From contig JBAXJX010000001.1 in the NCBI GenBank assembly GCA_037137655.1, forward strand, positions 33,188-97,187: 64,000 nt of DNA, read 5' to 3'. Each line of letters begins with the position of its first letter. Within the stretch, counting starts at the first letter, position 1. Below, piece after piece: positions 63,708 through 64,000 of this stretch. The stretch is from Candidatus Falkowbacteria bacterium. Its GTDB lineage: Bacteria; Patescibacteriota; Patescibacteriia; Patescibacteriales; UBA12465. A program made the position numbers and the translations under genes. The notes below the pieces were generated by a model. That model saw only the letters and a list, made by a program, of their open reading frames with translations, was not told the origin of the DNA and did no database searches.

Positions 63708-64000
63708 ATGTTTAAAAAAAATAAAAAAGCCTTCACCTTAATCGAACTTCTAGTAGTTATCGCCATCATCGGCATACTCGCAACTATCGCGGTTGTCGCT
63801 TTACAAAATGCTCGAGCCAAAGCGCGTGATGCGCGGCGTGTGGCTGATGTCAAACAAATGCAAACAGCGCTGGAATTATATTTTAATGATAAACAACATT
63901 ATCCAAGTGCTTCAGAATTTACGACTGGCGCAATTGTTTCCACTTCAACTCAGGGAACTACCACTTACATGGCGGTAATGCCAACTCCACCATCTCCAGC
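63708..64000 (+). CDS. Prepilin-type N-terminal domain protein, 3'-truncated by the window edge
   Basis: Not in the ORF track because it is open to the window end. ATG 63708 gives MFKKNKKA|[76 protein letters not shown]. Its closest paralogue is 29667. Confidence 0.8.
   Translation, partial: MFKKNKKAFTLIELLVVIAIIGILATIAVVALQNARAKARDARRVADVKQMQTALELYFNDKQHYPSASEFTTGAIVSTSTQGTTTYMAVMPTPPSP
63732..63890 (+). repeat. Conserved pilin N-terminal module, copy 4 of 4
   Basis: Same 53-aa module (one L-to-Y change). Confidence 0.85.

Overview
This is an AT-rich bacterial chromosome segment, roughly one-third GC by eye (not computed), using the standard genetic code. It looks like a Patescibacteria/CPR-type genome. 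The supporting signs are a 23S-5S rRNA operon with no linked 16S, expansion segments in the 23S, many prepilin-type '[17 protein letters not shown]' proteins, nucleoside-salvage enzymes and a shortened AlaRS; this placement is an inference. Layout: a LamG-repeat protein (5' partial); the 23S+5S rRNA; a P-type ATPase; an FtsB-like gene; tRNA-Thr; an RlpA-like/DD-carboxypeptidase fusion followed by ftsE and ftsX; and an ECF sigma factor with a putative anti-sigma factor. Next comes a block of about 15 kb of foreign-looking DNA (14.4-29.45 kb). It contains a very AT-rich three-gene Type III restriction-modification operon (mod, res, and a NucS-like/DUF5655-like gene), a LexA homologue, and a complete-looking integrated filamentous-phage (inovirus-like) module. 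That module has a gpV-like ssDNA-binding protein, three micro-ORFs with a transmembrane segment, a textbook major coat protein, a pIII-like protein, a pVI-like protein, a Zot/pI-type ATPase, a rolling-circle HUH Rep, large hairpins and a large serine recombinase. It ends at the 3' end of tRNA-Gln. Downstream lie host genes. These include four paralogous pilin-adhesin fusions (GloVer-type and GLUG-type repeats), a nucleoside-salvage and sugar-nucleotide cluster (SQD1-like, MurA-like and class V aminotransferase), and an RGG/zinc-ribbon/H1-like-tail protein. They also include a MarR-controlled efflux operon (two membrane-fusion proteins plus an MFS pump), gpmI, an RRM RNA-binding protein, alaS, an orphan histidine kinase and a class B PBP. 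The candidate for something new is the inovirus-like prophage and the composite island around it. All calls come from reading the sequence and from remembered family motifs; no searches were run.
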